NCBI GenBank assembly: GCA_034430155.1
Contig: DAOUET010000048.1
Coordinates: 8,953 to 72,952, forward strand
Direction of reading: 5' to 3'
Length of the DNA: 64,000 nucleotides
DNA from: Anaerolineales bacterium
GTDB taxonomy: Bacteria; Chloroflexota; Anaerolineae; Anaerolineales; UBA4823
Shown here: positions 10,509-19,417 of the stretch, in pieces
How the letters are laid out: every line of letters begins with the position of its first letter
How positions within the stretch are numbered: position 1 is the stretch's first letter
Made by a program: the position numbers and the translations under genes
Notes under the pieces: model-generated
Database searches by the model: none
Told to the model about the DNA's origin: nothing
The model's input: only the letters and a program-made list of their open reading frames with translations

Positions 10509-11424
10509 TATCTTCGACCAGTTCTTGGGGCAAACGACCTCGCAGTTGAGCCTGAGGTGAGATCATCAAGCGGTGAGTGAGAACGTGAGGCGCCATGAAT
10601 TTGACATCATCAGGGAGGACAAACTCCCTATCCTGGATAGCTGCCCAGGCTTGAGAGGTCCAATAGAGCGCTAAAGTAGCTCGAGGGCTAGCCCCTAATT
10701 CGATTTCCGGGTGAGTGCGGGTGGCGCGTGCCACCCGCACGATATAATCGCGCACCGAATCTTCCACACGTATTTGCTTACGTTCTTCCTGAAGCTGCAT
10801 GATCTCATCAGGCGTGATAACTGCCCCTAAAGTATCCAGAGGATCTTGGGTACGGAATCGCTCCAGGATGGCGTTCTCGCCGGCTTGGGAGGGATAACCC
10901 AGAGCGACCCGCAGCATGAAGCGGTCGATTTGTGCTTCTGGTAGAGGGAAGGTACCTTCCAATTCTACCGGGTTTTGAGTAGCCAAAACCAGAAAGGGTC
11001 TGGGTAAAGCACGGGTAACACCATCGATGGTAATCTGCCGTTCCTGCATCGCTTCCAGCAAAGCGGATTGAGTGCGAGGGGTTGCCCGATTGATTTCGTC
11101 CGCCAGCACAACCTGGCTCATAATTGGTCCAGCACGAAATTCAAAGACTTGTTCTTTCTGGTTGAACCAGTTAAGACCGGTGACATCCGAAGGTAATAGA
11201 TCCGGGGTAAATTGTATACGCCGGAAGGTACAACCCAAAGATGTAGCCAGGGAGCGCGCCAGGGTGGTTTTCCCGATCCCAGGTACATCTTCCAGCAACA
11301 GGTGGCCCTCGCAAAGCACAGCGGCCAGGGTCAAATTGATCATTTCATCATCACCTATGATGACTTTTTGGATATTATCCCGAATACGACTAGCAGCCTC
11401 ACTGATCATGGAATCCTCGCTCAT
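10474..11424 (-). CDS. MoxR-family AAA+ ATPase
   Basis: Walker A EDVPGIGKTTLARSLA, Walker B VVLADEINRATPRTQSALLEAMQE, and LATQNP...EAQIDRF, typical of MoxR/AAA_3. Confidence 0.9.
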   Translation of the reverse strand: MSEDSMISEAASRIRDNIQKVIIGDDEMINLTLAAVLCEGHLLLEDVPGIGKTTLARSLATSLGCTFRRIQFTPDLLPSDVTGLNWFNQKEQVFEFRAGPIMSQVVLADEINRATPRTQSALLEAMQERQITIDGVTRALPRPFLVLATQNPVELEGTFPLPEAQIDRFMLRVALGYPSQAGENAILERFRTQDPLDTLGAVITPDEIMQLQEERKQIRVEDSVRDYIVRVARATRTHPEIELGASPRATLALYWTSQAWAAIQDREFVLPDDVKFMAPHVLTHRLMISPQAQLRGRLPQELVEDIVDAVPVPVEG

Positions 11425-11574
11425 TAATTAATCTTGTAACATAAGTTTACCAAACCAATCGTCCTTTTACTCAGGTTTATTTCTCTCGTTCTGCTACTAG
11501 ATTTACCACATAAATTGAAGTTGGGTTCAGCCAGATATAATCCAGATGGAGGCAAGAACCCTTCAAATGCTGAA

Positions 11575-11583
11575 TGGTATAAT
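11575..11583 (+). promoter_or_regulatory. Extended -10 box TGGTATAAT, 6 nt upstream of the dinG ATG (leaderless arrangement)
   Basis: TGGTATAAT at 11575-11583, GTCGCC spacer, ATG at 11590. No Shine-Dalgarno is possible in that spacing. Confidence 0.4.
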
Positions 11584-11589
11584 GTCGCC

Positions 11590-14388
11590 ATGCCGACATT
11601 CGTCGCCCTGGATATTGAAACCACCGGCCTCGATCCTCAAAGAGATGCCATCCTGGAGATCGGGGCAGTGCGTTTTAACGGACGACGTGTCGAACATGAA
11701 TGGTCTAACCTGCTCAATCCGGGCCGACCAGTCCCCCCCTTCATCACCCAGCTGACCGGTATTACCAATGACATGGTTGCCCAGGCGCCGCCAATACAGG
11801 CAGTGATTGCAGATTTGGTTGATTTTGTAGGAAATGCACCTATTCTAGGACACAACATCTCTTTCGACCTATCATTCCTCCGTCGTTATGGGGTCCTGGA
11901 ACTCAACGAAGTTATCGACACTTACGAGATGGCCTCGGTCTTGTTGCCTGGTGCAGGGAGATACAATCTGGGTGCCTTGGCGCAATTTCTGGCCGTGCCT
12001 CTGCCCGCAACCCATCGAGCATTGGATGACGCCTTGGCAACCCACGGTTTATATCTACGCCTGCACGACCTGGCTCTTGATCTCCCCATCGAATTGTTGG
12101 CCGAAATCGTCCGCCTGGGTGAGAGCCTGGAATGGAATGGCCACAAAGGATTTTCCGAAGCCCTGCGGGCGCGCTCACGCGAGACCATAAAAGCCCGGCG
12201 AGTACCTCAGAGTTATCAAGGACCACTTTTCACCAACCCATCCAGAGGGGTACTTCCACCGTTACAAGCAAATGGTGAATTCCAGGCACTCGACGTTGAT
12301 GAAGTAGCAGCAGTTTTGGAGCACGCCGGGGCGTTCTCACATCATTTCCCTCAATACGAATATCGCCCGCAACAGGTGGAGATGTTACGAGCTGTCACCG
12401 AAGCACTATCCAAGGGCAGGCATCTAATGGTAGAAGCCAGCACCGGCGTAGGTAAATCGATCGCATATGTGATCCCGGCAGCTTTATGGGCGATTCAGAA
12501 CAACACCCGGGTAGTTATTTCAACCAACACCATCAATCTACAAGATCAGCTCATCAATAAAGATATCCCCGAAGTGCGCGCGGCGCTTGGGTTGGATCTC
12601 CGCGCCACGGTGCTTAAAGGCCGCTCGAACTACCTATGCCCTCGTCGCTTAGAGACTTTACGACGGCGTGGCCCCCAAACTGCAGAGGAGATGCGGGTAC
12701 TGGGGAAGGTGATGGTCTGGCTGCTCAACTCGACCTCAGGCGACCGCACTGAAGTGAATCTGAATGGCCCGCTCGAGCGGGAGATATGGATGACCATCTC
12801 GGCTGAAGATGAAGGCTGCACAACCGAAACCTGCCTGCAACGCACAGGAGGAGCCTGCCCATTCTTCCAGGCTCGCCAGGCGGCCCTAAGCGCCCATCTG
12901 CTCATCGTTAACCATGCCTTGCTCTTGGCAGATGTCGCCACCGGCAACCGGGTACTGCCCGAATACGATTATCTCATCGTTGACGAAGCTCATCATTTGG
13001 AAGAGGCGACCACAAATGCGTTGAGCTTTCGGGTCTCACAATTCGATATCCAAGGTATATTGCGGGTTCTGGGCGGGCCCAAAGCGGGCGTGTTGGGGTG
13101 GAGCTTAGCAACCGTAGAAAACCTGCTCAGCCCATCAGATTTCGCTTCCTTCAACCAGCTAGTTCAACGTGCTACCGACTTATCTTTTCAGTTTGAAAAC
13201 CAGGCCCGCCAATTCTTCATAACTGTAGATCACTTTCTTTTCGAACAGCGTGATGGAAAACCGGTTGGGCCTTACGCACATCAAGAACGCATTCTGCCGG
13301 CAACCCGCGCCCAACCGGCCTGGGGCGAGGTGGAGATAGCCTGGGATGAGGCGCAGCACACGCTCCAGGCGCTCCTTGAAATCCTTACCCAGCTGGCCCG
13401 CGCCTTAGCCGAACTGATCGAGGCGTTACCAGAAGAAGGTATGGATATCTACAGCCAATTCACGGATCTTTACCGCCGCATGTATGAGCTGCAAGACAAT
13501 CTCAATAGCCTGGTTTTTGAATCCCAACCAGATCGCATCTATTGGGCTGAGGTACAACCCGATGGTCGCAGGTTGTCATTACACGCCGCGCCTCTTCATA
13601 TAGGCCCTTTGATGGAGCGCTACCTATGGCATGAGAAAGCCAGTGTAATCCTGACTTCGGCCACATTGACGGCAGCGGGTGAATTTGACTACCTGCGGGG
13701 TCGATTATTCGCCGAGGATGCCTACGAGTTGGCTTTAGGCTCCCCCTTCGATTTTGAGAACGCCGCCTTACTCTACATCGCCAATGATATCCCTGAGCCA
13801 AACGACCGGCGTAGTTACCAGCGCGCCTTAGAACACGCTTTGATCCGATTGTGTCAGGCCACCGCGGGACGGACGCTAGTGTTGTTCACATCCTACACGC
13901 AACTCCGCCAAACCTCCCAGGCAATAGCCCCGCTGCTGGCAGAAAAAGATATCATGGTTTACGAACAGGGTGAAGGCGCTTCGCCTCATGCATTGTTGGA
14001 AAACTTTCGAACTACCGAGAGAGCAGTGCTGCTAGGCACACGCGCCTTTTGGGAAGGCGTCGATGTGCCCGGCGAAGCGCTATCCGTATTGGTAATCGTC
14101 AAGCTGCCTTTTGATGTGCCTTCCGATCCCATCGTTGCATCGCGGGCGGAAACCTTCGAGGACCCCTTCAGCCAATACACCCTTCCAGAGGCGATCCTGC
14201 GATTCAGGCAGGGATTCGGCCGGCTGATTCGCACGCAATACGACCGGGGAGTGGTTGCAGTTCTCGACCGGCGCTTGTTGACAAAACGGTATGGGAGAGC
14301 TTTTACAGAATCGCTACCTCCGTGTAGCCTGCGGGTTGGTCCATTGGCCAATTTACCTCAAACAGCAGCCCAATGGCTGAACTTATGA
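11590..14388 (+). CDS. dinG: DnaQ-like 3'-5' exonuclease fused to a DinG/XPD-family helicase
   Basis: N-terminus FVALDIETTGL...HNISFDLSFL...HRALDDA (Exo I-III). Helicase motifs EASTGVGKS and DEAH (IVDEAHHLEE). Cys cluster LCPRR...GCTTETCLQRTGGAC resembles an Fe-S domain. Confidence 0.9.
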   Translation: MPTFVALDIETTGLDPQRDAILEIGAVRFNGRRVEHEWSNLLNPGRPVPPFITQLTGITNDMVAQAPPIQAVIADLVDFVGNAPILGHNISFDLSFLRRYGVLELNEVIDTYEMASVLLPGAGRYNLGALAQFLAVPLPATHRALDDALATHGLYLRLHDLALDLPIELLAEIVRLGESLEWNGHKGFSEALRARSRETIKARRVPQSYQGPLFTNPSRGVLPPLQANGEFQALDVDEVAAVLEHAGAFSHHFPQYEYRPQQVEMLRAVTEALSKGRHLMVEASTGVGKSIAYVIPAALWAIQNNTRVVISTNTINLQDQLINKDIPEVRAALGLDLRATVLKGRSNYLCPRRLETLRRRGPQTAEEMRVLGKVMVWLLNSTSGDRTEVNLNGPLEREIWMTISAEDEGCTTETCLQRTGGACPFFQARQAALSAHLLIVNHALLLADVATGNRVLPEYDYLIVDEAHHLEEATTNALSFRVSQFDIQGILRVLGGPKAGVLGWSLATVENLLSPSDFASFNQLVQRATDLSFQFENQARQFFITVDHFLFEQRDGKPVGPYAHQERILPATRAQPAWGEVEIAWDEAQHTLQALLEILTQLARALAELIEALPEEGMDIYSQFTDLYRRMYELQDNLNSLVFESQPDRIYWAEVQPDGRRLSLHAAPLHIGPLMERYLWHEKASVILTSATLTAAGEFDYLRGRLFAEDAYELALGSPFDFENAALLYIANDIPEPNDRRSYQRALEHALIRLCQATAGRTLVLFTSYTQLRQTSQAIAPLLAEKDIMVYEQGEGASPHALLENFRTTERAVLLGTRAFWEGVDVPGEALSVLVIVKLPFDVPSDPIVASRAETFEDPFSQYTLPEAILRFRQGFGRLIRTQYDRGVVAVLDRRLLTKRYGRAFTESLPPCSLRVGPLANLPQTAAQWLNL

Positions 14389-14473
14389 TAGCTGTGTTCA
14401 GGTTGAGGGCTGACTCACCACATCTTTCTTGCCGATCAGAGCCGTGATCCCGAACTGAAGACAGGACCTCAAC

Positions 14474-15553
14474 TTAATCTCCTGTCGCGTAACGGATCTG
14501 GATATTTCCGATGGCCTGGCTGGCTTCCAGATCGATCCGGGAAGCTGATGTGGCGTAGGCTGGGGAGGAGTAGAAGTCCCCTTCTTTAATAAAATCTTGG
14601 GGGACATTGATGTTCGCCAAGCCGGTATCCGCTTTGACCCTAAGAGCGGTGCCTGGCGGAACGATAACTTCGATCTGGCCGATGGCGCTATCGATCTTGC
14701 CCTGGAATCGCCCACCTTTCGGTAAGGTAAGGGTGGTTTTCCCAACACCCATATCCACCTGCAAAGCGCTAAGGTCCAAGGTGGTCAGATCAAGATCGAT
14801 ATTACCCGCCCCCATGGTTACCTTCAAATCAATGGGGATAGCTGCTGATAAGCCTAACTTCCAACCCCACTCACCAGCGGTCCCAAAAGGGTAACCAACA
14901 AATGAAGTCCCCGTTCTACGCAGCGTGTAGGTGCCCGTATTTCCAGTCACGGAATACGACTGACTCACCTGCCCTGCATTGCCAAGCCTTATATTCCCGC
15001 TAACCAGAAGATCCGGTCCTGAAAGGGTATCGATCAAAATAGAACCGACTGCGGGCTCGATCACCACCTTTGCATGGCTGGCAGCCTGCAAAGGTTGGCT
15101 GATTTGCTCGCTGGACAATGCCTGACCTCGATCTACCGTTATACCGTACGCCAACAAGGCTCCTGCCAGGAGAGCCAAAACCACGACCAAACCTACTAAA
15201 GACCACCAAGGCGAGCGGCGATGACCAATGGCGATATCAAGGCCGATGGCAACCAGCAGAATTGGCCATAACCTAATAATCGCAATCCACACATCCAAAG
15301 CCAGGTACCCCAGGTTACTCAATAAGAAGACAAACCCCACCCCGATCAACAAAGCCGGTCCAACGATGCCCTCTCTCCGGAAAACGGCATCTAACCCCCA
15401 AACGACCAGCAATAGCGGCCAAAACCTGGCGACCAAATCCCAGATATTACCAGTCAACACTCCAAAATTGTTCAGCAAAAAAAGCAACCCAAGGGCAATC
15501 AATAACAGCGGGAAGAATAAACTTCCCCGGTATCTGGGCTTTCTTGCGTTCAT
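14474..15553 (-). CDS. LiaF-like envelope-stress membrane protein (DUF5668-type TM repeats plus C-terminal toastrack/DUF2154-like beta domain)
   Basis: Repeated LLIALGLLFLLNNFG / LLIGVGFVFLLSNLG TM hairpins. C-terminus GAGNIDLDLTTLDLSALQVDMGVGKTTLTLP...GQIEVIVPPGTALRVKADTGLANINVP. Confidence 0.7.
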   Translation of the reverse strand: MNARKPRYRGSLFFPLLLIALGLLFLLNNFGVLTGNIWDLVARFWPLLLVVWGLDAVFRREGIVGPALLIGVGFVFLLSNLGYLALDVWIAIIRLWPILLVAIGLDIAIGHRRSPWWSLVGLVVVLALLAGALLAYGITVDRGQALSSEQISQPLQAASHAKVVIEPAVGSILIDTLSGPDLLVSGNIRLGNAGQVSQSYSVTGNTGTYTLRRTGTSFVGYPFGTAGEWGWKLGLSAAIPIDLKVTMGAGNIDLDLTTLDLSALQVDMGVGKTTLTLPKGGRFQGKIDSAIGQIEVIVPPGTALRVKADTGLANINVPQDFIKEGDFYSSPAYATSASRIDLEASQAIGNIQIRYATGD

Positions 15554-15674
15554 AATCTTTCTCCTCTCAATTTTCGCTTCCTTTCAAGCCAATCTACCCA
15601 CGATCAGTAGAAGCGGCTAAAGGATATCAAAATGCCCCTGCCACTTACCACTTACGCTAAAAGGACATAGCTTG

Positions 15675-16313
15675 TCACCGATGCAAAAGAAAGGTGCGGA
15701 AGATGAAATATAACCCGACAAGAATCAGGGCAACCGGCCAGATGTAATTAACCAACGATGTAAGCGCGGCCAGTAGTACCAAACCGATCAAGAACAATAC
15801 CCCCGCCGGGATAAATGCCCAACGCATTTCTCCACGGGGGCCTGGCAATATCGCCACGAGCCCAAAGGTCAATCCCAGGCCCAGGAAGAAGATACCCCCT
15901 GTCTCAAAGCCCGCAAAGAATTGATCCAGGAAGGATACTACAGCCAGCGTAACCATCACTCCAGCCGGGATTATCGCCCACCAGTTCTCTCGATTTGTAG
16001 CATAGACTGCCAAGAAAGCCAGACCGATGCCACCCAATACGATCACACCGCTCCAGATGTCAGCTAAGCTCGGGAACAAAGTTTCCAAGAAGATTGTTAC
16101 AGCCAGCACCAACAGGATGATCCCAGGGATCAAGGCCCACCAGTTTTGACGGTCAGCAAAGTAGACCGAGAGAAACCCAATTGCGCCGACGCCGAGCAAT
16201 ACTCCCCAGAAGACGTCGCCGATGGCAAGAACCCCCAGGTTTTGAAGTAAGAAGATGATTCCACCCACCATCAATAAAAACCCCCAAAGCGTGCGTGACC
16301 AGAGCCATTTCAT
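15675..16313 (-). CDS. Polytopic membrane protein made of DUF5668-like TM repeats, with no soluble domain
   Basis: Three internally repeated units, each with NWWALIPG / NWWAIIPAG / MRWAFIPAG. N-terminus GGIIFLLQNLGVL. Confidence 0.6.
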   Translation of the reverse strand: MKWLWSRTLWGFLLMVGGIIFLLQNLGVLAIGDVFWGVLLGVGAIGFLSVYFADRQNWWALIPGIILLVLAVTIFLETLFPSLADIWSGVIVLGGIGLAFLAVYATNRENWWAIIPAGVMVTLAVVSFLDQFFAGFETGGIFFLGLGLTFGLVAILPGPRGEMRWAFIPAGVLFLIGLVLLAALTSLVNYIWPVALILVGLYFIFRTFLLHR

Positions 16314-16415
16314 TTTTCCACTCTCCTCAATTCAGAAAAACTTTCCTTATTAATCTACGGAAATCACATAAATAAGTCGCAACCGAATGCCAAATGGGCA
16401 TGTCTCACAAAACTA

Positions 16416-17969
16416 TTAGCGACTGTGACCTAATGCGGTCCTGATCAATTCCTGTTTTAAATCCCAGAGCTGCTTGGTAAGGGAGACATGATAGATATGC
16501 GGATTCATCAGACGCCTGACACCGGCATCCAGCCTCTCAACGTCAGATCTTCTGCGGGCGCGCATTTCTTCGATGGTGGGGAGATCATAAACCAACCGGC
16601 CCTCAGCCAACACTTCCACCAGCAAAGGTTCTATTTCAGTAGCCTCATCTTGGGATAAATATCTCATCTTAGTCGGCTCCGAAGGATGGTGCAAGATTAT
16701 GACATCCATTTCATTGGGGTCCTCATCATCCAAACTCAGCAAATCTGCCGTGGCTTTACCTCTGCGATCGTAGATACGCCAGACGTGTTTATGGCCCGGG
16801 TTGGGAGTCTTGTCTGAGGATTCCGACACTTTTATAGCAGGCACCCATTGGCCTCCATCCTGCACAGCGACGAGCTTATAAACGCCCCCAAGGGCAGGCT
16901 CTCCCCAGGAAACGATCAAACGAGTGCCAACACCATATACCAGACGGTTAATGAGCTGATCGGGATCGACCTCATAACGCCGGGACTCTTGCTCTATTTG
17001 AGTCAGGATCTGCCATATAGTAAGCTCATCCAGGTTGTTGGATAGCACAATGGAAGCATCAGGGAAGCCAGCTTGGTCCAACATCTTAGCCGCCTGAATG
17101 CTGAGGTATGCCAAATCTCCTGAATCGAGCCGAATACCAACCGGATCATATCCCTTACGTCGCAGCTCTTCAAACACCTTGATGGCATTCGGCACGCCGC
17201 TCTTAAGGGTATCGATCGTGTCAACTAATAGCAGACAATTATCTGGATAAACATCTGCATAAGCACGAAAAGCATCTAACTCACTACCACCTAAAGCGAT
17301 AAAGACCTGCACCATACTGTGGGCATGGGTGCCTTTGGGCGGATAGCCGAGAAAGTGGGAAACACCCACATTCGAGCTGTAATCTGCCCCGCCTATAAGG
17401 GCGGCGCGCGTGCCGGCATTGGCACCTTTATCCTGACCACGGCGCAGGCCAAATTCCAACAAGAGCTTCCCTCGGCCGCTGTCGTGAATGCGGGCTGCCT
17501 TTGTGGCAATCAGGGTTTGGTAATTCAAATGGTTAAGCAAAGACGTTTCCAGAATCTGTGCCATCGCCAAAGGTCCTTGTATCACAGTCAAAGGCTCATT
17601 GGGATGGACTACCCGGCCCTCAGGGATAGCACGCATGGTTATCCCCTGAAAATTGCCATTTGCCCTCAGCCAATCGAGAAAGTCATCCGAGAATACCTGC
17701 TTGCCGCTACGATCTTTCTGGCTCTTTAATGCCTCGATATCATCCTGACGGCATTGAGCGGATTGGAGCCATGCCAGCAGCCATTCCAGACCCGCATTGA
17801 CACAATAGCCAGCTTTATGCAGCCCGTAATCAGGGTAATCACGGAAAAAATGATCAAACTGCACTGTTTTCTCGTGTAAACCCACCCGGAAATAGAGCTG
17901 CGCCATAGTGAGTTGATACTCATCGGTGAATAAAAAACCTTCGGTAATTTTCCAGTCACTCTTTTGCAT
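16416..17969 (-). CDS. pncB: Nicotinate phosphoribosyltransferase
   Basis: [15 protein letters not shown]-terminus, [27 protein letters not shown] motifs. 517 aa. Confidence 0.9.
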   Translation of the reverse strand: MQKSDWKITEGFLFTDEYQLTMAQLYFRVGLHEKTVQFDHFFRDYPDYGLHKAGYCVNAGLEWLLAWLQSAQCRQDDIEALKSQKDRSGKQVFSDDFLDWLRANGNFQGITMRAIPEGRVVHPNEPLTVIQGPLAMAQILETSLLNHLNYQTLIATKAARIHDSGRGKLLLEFGLRRGQDKGANAGTRAALIGGADYSSNVGVSHFLGYPPKGTHAHSMVQVFIALGGSELDAFRAYADVYPDNCLLLVDTIDTLKSGVPNAIKVFEELRRKGYDPVGIRLDSGDLAYLSIQAAKMLDQAGFPDASIVLSNNLDELTIWQILTQIEQESRRYEVDPDQLINRLVYGVGTRLIVSWGEPALGGVYKLVAVQDGGQWVPAIKVSESSDKTPNPGHKHVWRIYDRRGKATADLLSLDDEDPNEMDVIILHHPSEPTKMRYLSQDEATEIEPLLVEVLAEGRLVYDLPTIEEMRARRRSDVERLDAGVRRLMNPHIYHVSLTKQLWDLKQELIRTALGHSR

Positions 17970-18041
17970 AAATCCTTCTCATCAACAAATACAGAAGCGC
18001 TAGAGGCCCGAAGCAGTGGATATCAAAGCATCAAGGCCTGA

Positions 18042-18848
18042 TCAGCGGATGTCGACTGAGCCGATCCCAGTTTCTACAAGCATTTCGATCTTATTGGATG
18101 CGGTATCATAATCCGCCGATCGATATTCGCCGCCGACACGAGGAAAGCGATTCTTATCAATGGTTGTCCCTGACAAGCCGCTCTTTACCCGAATATGAGC
18201 CGCCACGCCAGGGGGGATGCGGATCTTCAGAGCAGCCAAGCCCGATTCGATTTCAGCCCGGGTATGACCAGCTTTGGCAGGCACGGTCAGAGTAGTTGAG
18301 CTGGCGCCAGTTTGCAGTTTCAGATTGGTGACCTGCAACTCGGAGAGGTCTAAGCGCGTATCATTAGCCCCGACACTTATGTTAAGAGCGACTGGGATGT
18401 TGCGGTTCAACCCAACCGTCCAATCATATTGACCCGGGCTCCACGTCCAGGGAAAAACCATGAAATGATCCTTCGGACCACGCATATCAACTTCGAGGGT
18501 ATCGCCATCATGTTTAGTTTTGAAATCTAACCCAGCGCCAAAAGTACCTTGCATTAAGGTGCCTGATCCAGCACCGGCAGCAAGCCTAAATCGTCCGGCC
18601 CCGTGTTTGAGGCGAATCTGAGCTCGTGAGGCGCCTTCCAAGGGTATCTCGACTTCTTCGCTAGCGACCGAGCGCCTTGTGAACAGGGTACCCCACAAGA
18701 TCCACAAGCCAAGCAATATGATGATCGTCGGCCAGATCAAGTTCCAGATATTCACCCCCAAAGCGTTCAACAGACCGAGATTCTCCAGCAATAGAAAAAC
18801 ACCTACCAGCAACAGCACTGACCCCCAGAATAAGTCGCCTCTCCTCAT
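18042..18848 (-). CDS. LiaF-like membrane protein (one DUF5668 TM pair plus toastrack-like domain)
   Basis: GSVLLLVGVFLLLENLG TM. C-terminus GANDTRLDLSELQVTNLKLQTGASSTTLTVP...ALKIRIPPGVAAHIRVKSGLSGTTID parallels 14474-15553. Confidence 0.7.
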   Translation of the reverse strand: MRRGDLFWGSVLLLVGVFLLLENLGLLNALGVNIWNLIWPTIIILLGLWILWGTLFTRRSVASEEVEIPLEGASRAQIRLKHGAGRFRLAAGAGSGTLMQGTFGAGLDFKTKHDGDTLEVDMRGPKDHFMVFPWTWSPGQYDWTVGLNRNIPVALNISVGANDTRLDLSELQVTNLKLQTGASSTTLTVPAKAGHTRAEIESGLAALKIRIPPGVAAHIRVKSGLSGTTIDKNRFPRVGGEYRSADYDTASNKIEMLVETGIGSVDIR

Positions 18849-18902
18849 TTTTCCTACTCCTCTTTTGTGATATCGATTTTGATTTCTTCTTCATGATAGG
18901 AC

Positions 18903-18984
18903 TTACGCAGTTGGTGGGAGGATGGGGGTGTTTGGGCGGGCGTTGCCCGCCCAAACACCCCCGATTTTCCCCTGAACTGCGTAA
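18903..18984. repeat. 82-nt imperfect palindrome with a perfect 18-bp GC-rich core hairpin
   Basis: Core: GGGGGTGTTTGGGCGGGC (18924-18941), loop GTT, GCCCGCCCAAACACCCCC (18945-18962). Outer arms: TTACGCAGTT (18903-18912) pairs with AACTGCGTAA (18975-18984). The segments between pair with G-U only in the plus-strand RNA. Confidence 0.8.
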
Positions 18985-19417
18985 CTACTACATGATTTCA
19001 ACTTTATCACGACAGATTATAACCTGTGACTGATCCATTTCTCAATTTCAACTCCCCATAAGATTAGCGTGCTGGCAAGCAGGGTAATCGCTAATTCCTT
19101 GAAAAACTTCTAGCGTATACTTCATATTCAGAGTATGCTTAAACGGTGCTCACCCTTTGGAAAATCCGGTAAAATATTCGACTATCATCAATCCCAGGGA
19201 TTTACCTGCACCCCCACCGAATGACCATAGAATATTTAAAAATTATCATCGAACACAATGGCAAAGGTATCGAATTGGATAGCGAATGGGATACCGTAGT
19301 TGAAAAAAACCAAATTCGAAGTAATATTGAACAAGACAATATCCTAAAGAATAAGTCCAGACATGACCACATCACTTTTTAGATCTTACAACATCGAGCC
19401 CATGCTTCAACCGCTCA

